Assembly: GCF_023055435.1 (NCBI RefSeq)
Contig: NW_025963780.1
Span: forward strand, 43,214,001 to 43,278,000
Reading direction: 5' to 3'
Length of the DNA: 64,000 bases
Source of the DNA: Haliotis rufescens
Lineage: Eukaryota
In this document: positions 62,680 through 64,000 of the stretch, piece by piece
How the letters are laid out: every line of letters begins with the position of its first letter
How positions within the stretch are numbered: position 1 is the stretch's first letter
Notes under the pieces: model-generated
The model's database searches: none
The model's input: only the letters and a program-made list of their open reading frames with translations
What the model was told of the DNA's origin: nothing
Program-made: the position numbers and the translations under genes

Positions 62680-62804
62680 GCAAGTTAACTTCACTTTCAT
62701 GTCCTTTATTTGATTGAGGGACCCTTGGGAGTCTTTGAGATTCTTTGGAGCCTTCAATATGCTTTTATGGGTGCTCTTTTTTAAACATCTTTATGTCTAA
62801 GTAG

Positions 62805-62931
62805 ACAACTTCTTTAATAGTGTAAAGGCGACGTTTCGGTATAGATCCTTATACTGTTGTATAATGTCTTGCTTGACAACGATATAAGGATCTGTACCGA
62901 AACGTCGCCTTTACAGTATTAAAGAAGTTGT
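62805..62931. mobile_element. Penelope-like palindromic remnant with hammerhead-like core
   Basis: ~55-bp inverted arms containing CGACGTTTCGG / CCGAAACGTCG; TTGACAA...GAAACGTC. Confidence 0.6.
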
Positions 62932-64000
62932 TATCCACAAATTTTGTCTACTTTGTCATCCGTCAACTTCTAAGTGATGCCTATCAAACAATTTATCTTT
63001 AAGTCTTCAAGCTATGGATATGTGTAAAAGTATTGAACATGCATCCAAAGTTTTTGAGGATGTTGCCGATTATTTTTTACTTACGTCTTATCATGCTTAT
63101 AACTGTATAAGACTTAAAAAAATTAAAGAATTGGTTCACAGGCAATGGCTTTTAAAAACATAGAGGGGGGCTGTTTTTGGTTGTTTTTGGCTTGTTCAAA
63201 CTAGTATGTAACCAAATAAACAGTTGTGTACCATCAACCTGGGAAAGGGCCTCCCTACATAAACCAGCATACAAACTCGTATTGTCGCCATGGCCATGTG
63301 AATACGACTAGTCTGTCTTACAGACCCTGATACAATTATATATCAAATACAGCCCATGCAAGTCTATAATGTTTGGCAAGTCTAGATCACTGCAGTATCA
63401 GGAAAATGAAGAGAGTCACTGGGCTCCTTTTTATAACATTTTTATTAAGATAACTGAACAACTGTTTTTTTTATGTACGATATGTTCATTTCAGAGACTA
63501 GATTTTAGTCTAGAATACGACATGAGATGCGCAATAAAGGAGTGTTCATGTAAAGAGAAGTAACTGCATGATATATTGGATCGCATTGTTTTGAAGTTAT
63601 AGGATTTTTTTATTTTTTGGAAAATAGAAATAAAAACGAAACATGCGCCTGACTTTATGATGATGAGGGCAGTGCCTGAGAACTAAGACTATTATTTTTT
63701 TTAGCCTATTGCCGTGGCATTTGTTTAGAAATTCTCTTGAGTAAAGTTACTCAATGATCTTGGAGTGTACGATTGCAACAATCACATTTTTGAGGAATTT
63801 GGATGAAAATCTGCCAGTTAGTATTCATAGTCTGTTATTATTTCACAATGAACAGCAATTTTGTCAAACAAAAAATAGGGGGAACTTATCAGATTGAAAT
63901 ATGGTCATGTGAATGTTATCATCTAGTTAGACCTCGACCTGTGAGGGTGCCGGGTAAGAATTGGTCCCCAGCAGCCTATGTTGGTGGTTAGAGGCAACGG

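Overview
Animal genomic DNA, not prokaryotic. The SINE repertoire suggests a mollusc, plausibly an abalone-like gastropod (inference). There are two assembly gaps (3632-3788, 60874-61163). Contents in order: (i) a ~11.9-kb array of a 30-bp (AGT)-derived repeat (4800-16710), whose minus strand reads as an uninterrupted Thr/Ser-rich mucin-like frame, with coding status unresolved; (ii) a head-to-tail cluster of five alpha-tubulin genes on + (19121-50502), each with a 3/223/1130-bp coding exon structure (ATG-only exon 1), four intact (451 aa, C-terminal EEY) and one decaying pseudogene, with patchwork similarity pointing to gene conversion; (iii) the first seven coding exons of CLP1 (54549 to at least 62679), containing an AT-AC U12-type minor intron, a 28-bp microexon and a probable GC-AG donor; (iv) dense mobile DNA: about five SINE families sharing a common 3' tail (several with TSDs, some nested), a frameshifted Tc1/mariner DD34E element with TIRs, Tigger-like and P-like MITEs, a Penelope-type palindrome with a hammerhead-like core, and several minisatellites. 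I found no convincing wholly new biological system. The best leads are the minor-intron CLP1 architecture, the giant Thr-rich repeat frame, the tubulin mosaicism and the structured-RNA retroelement motifs.
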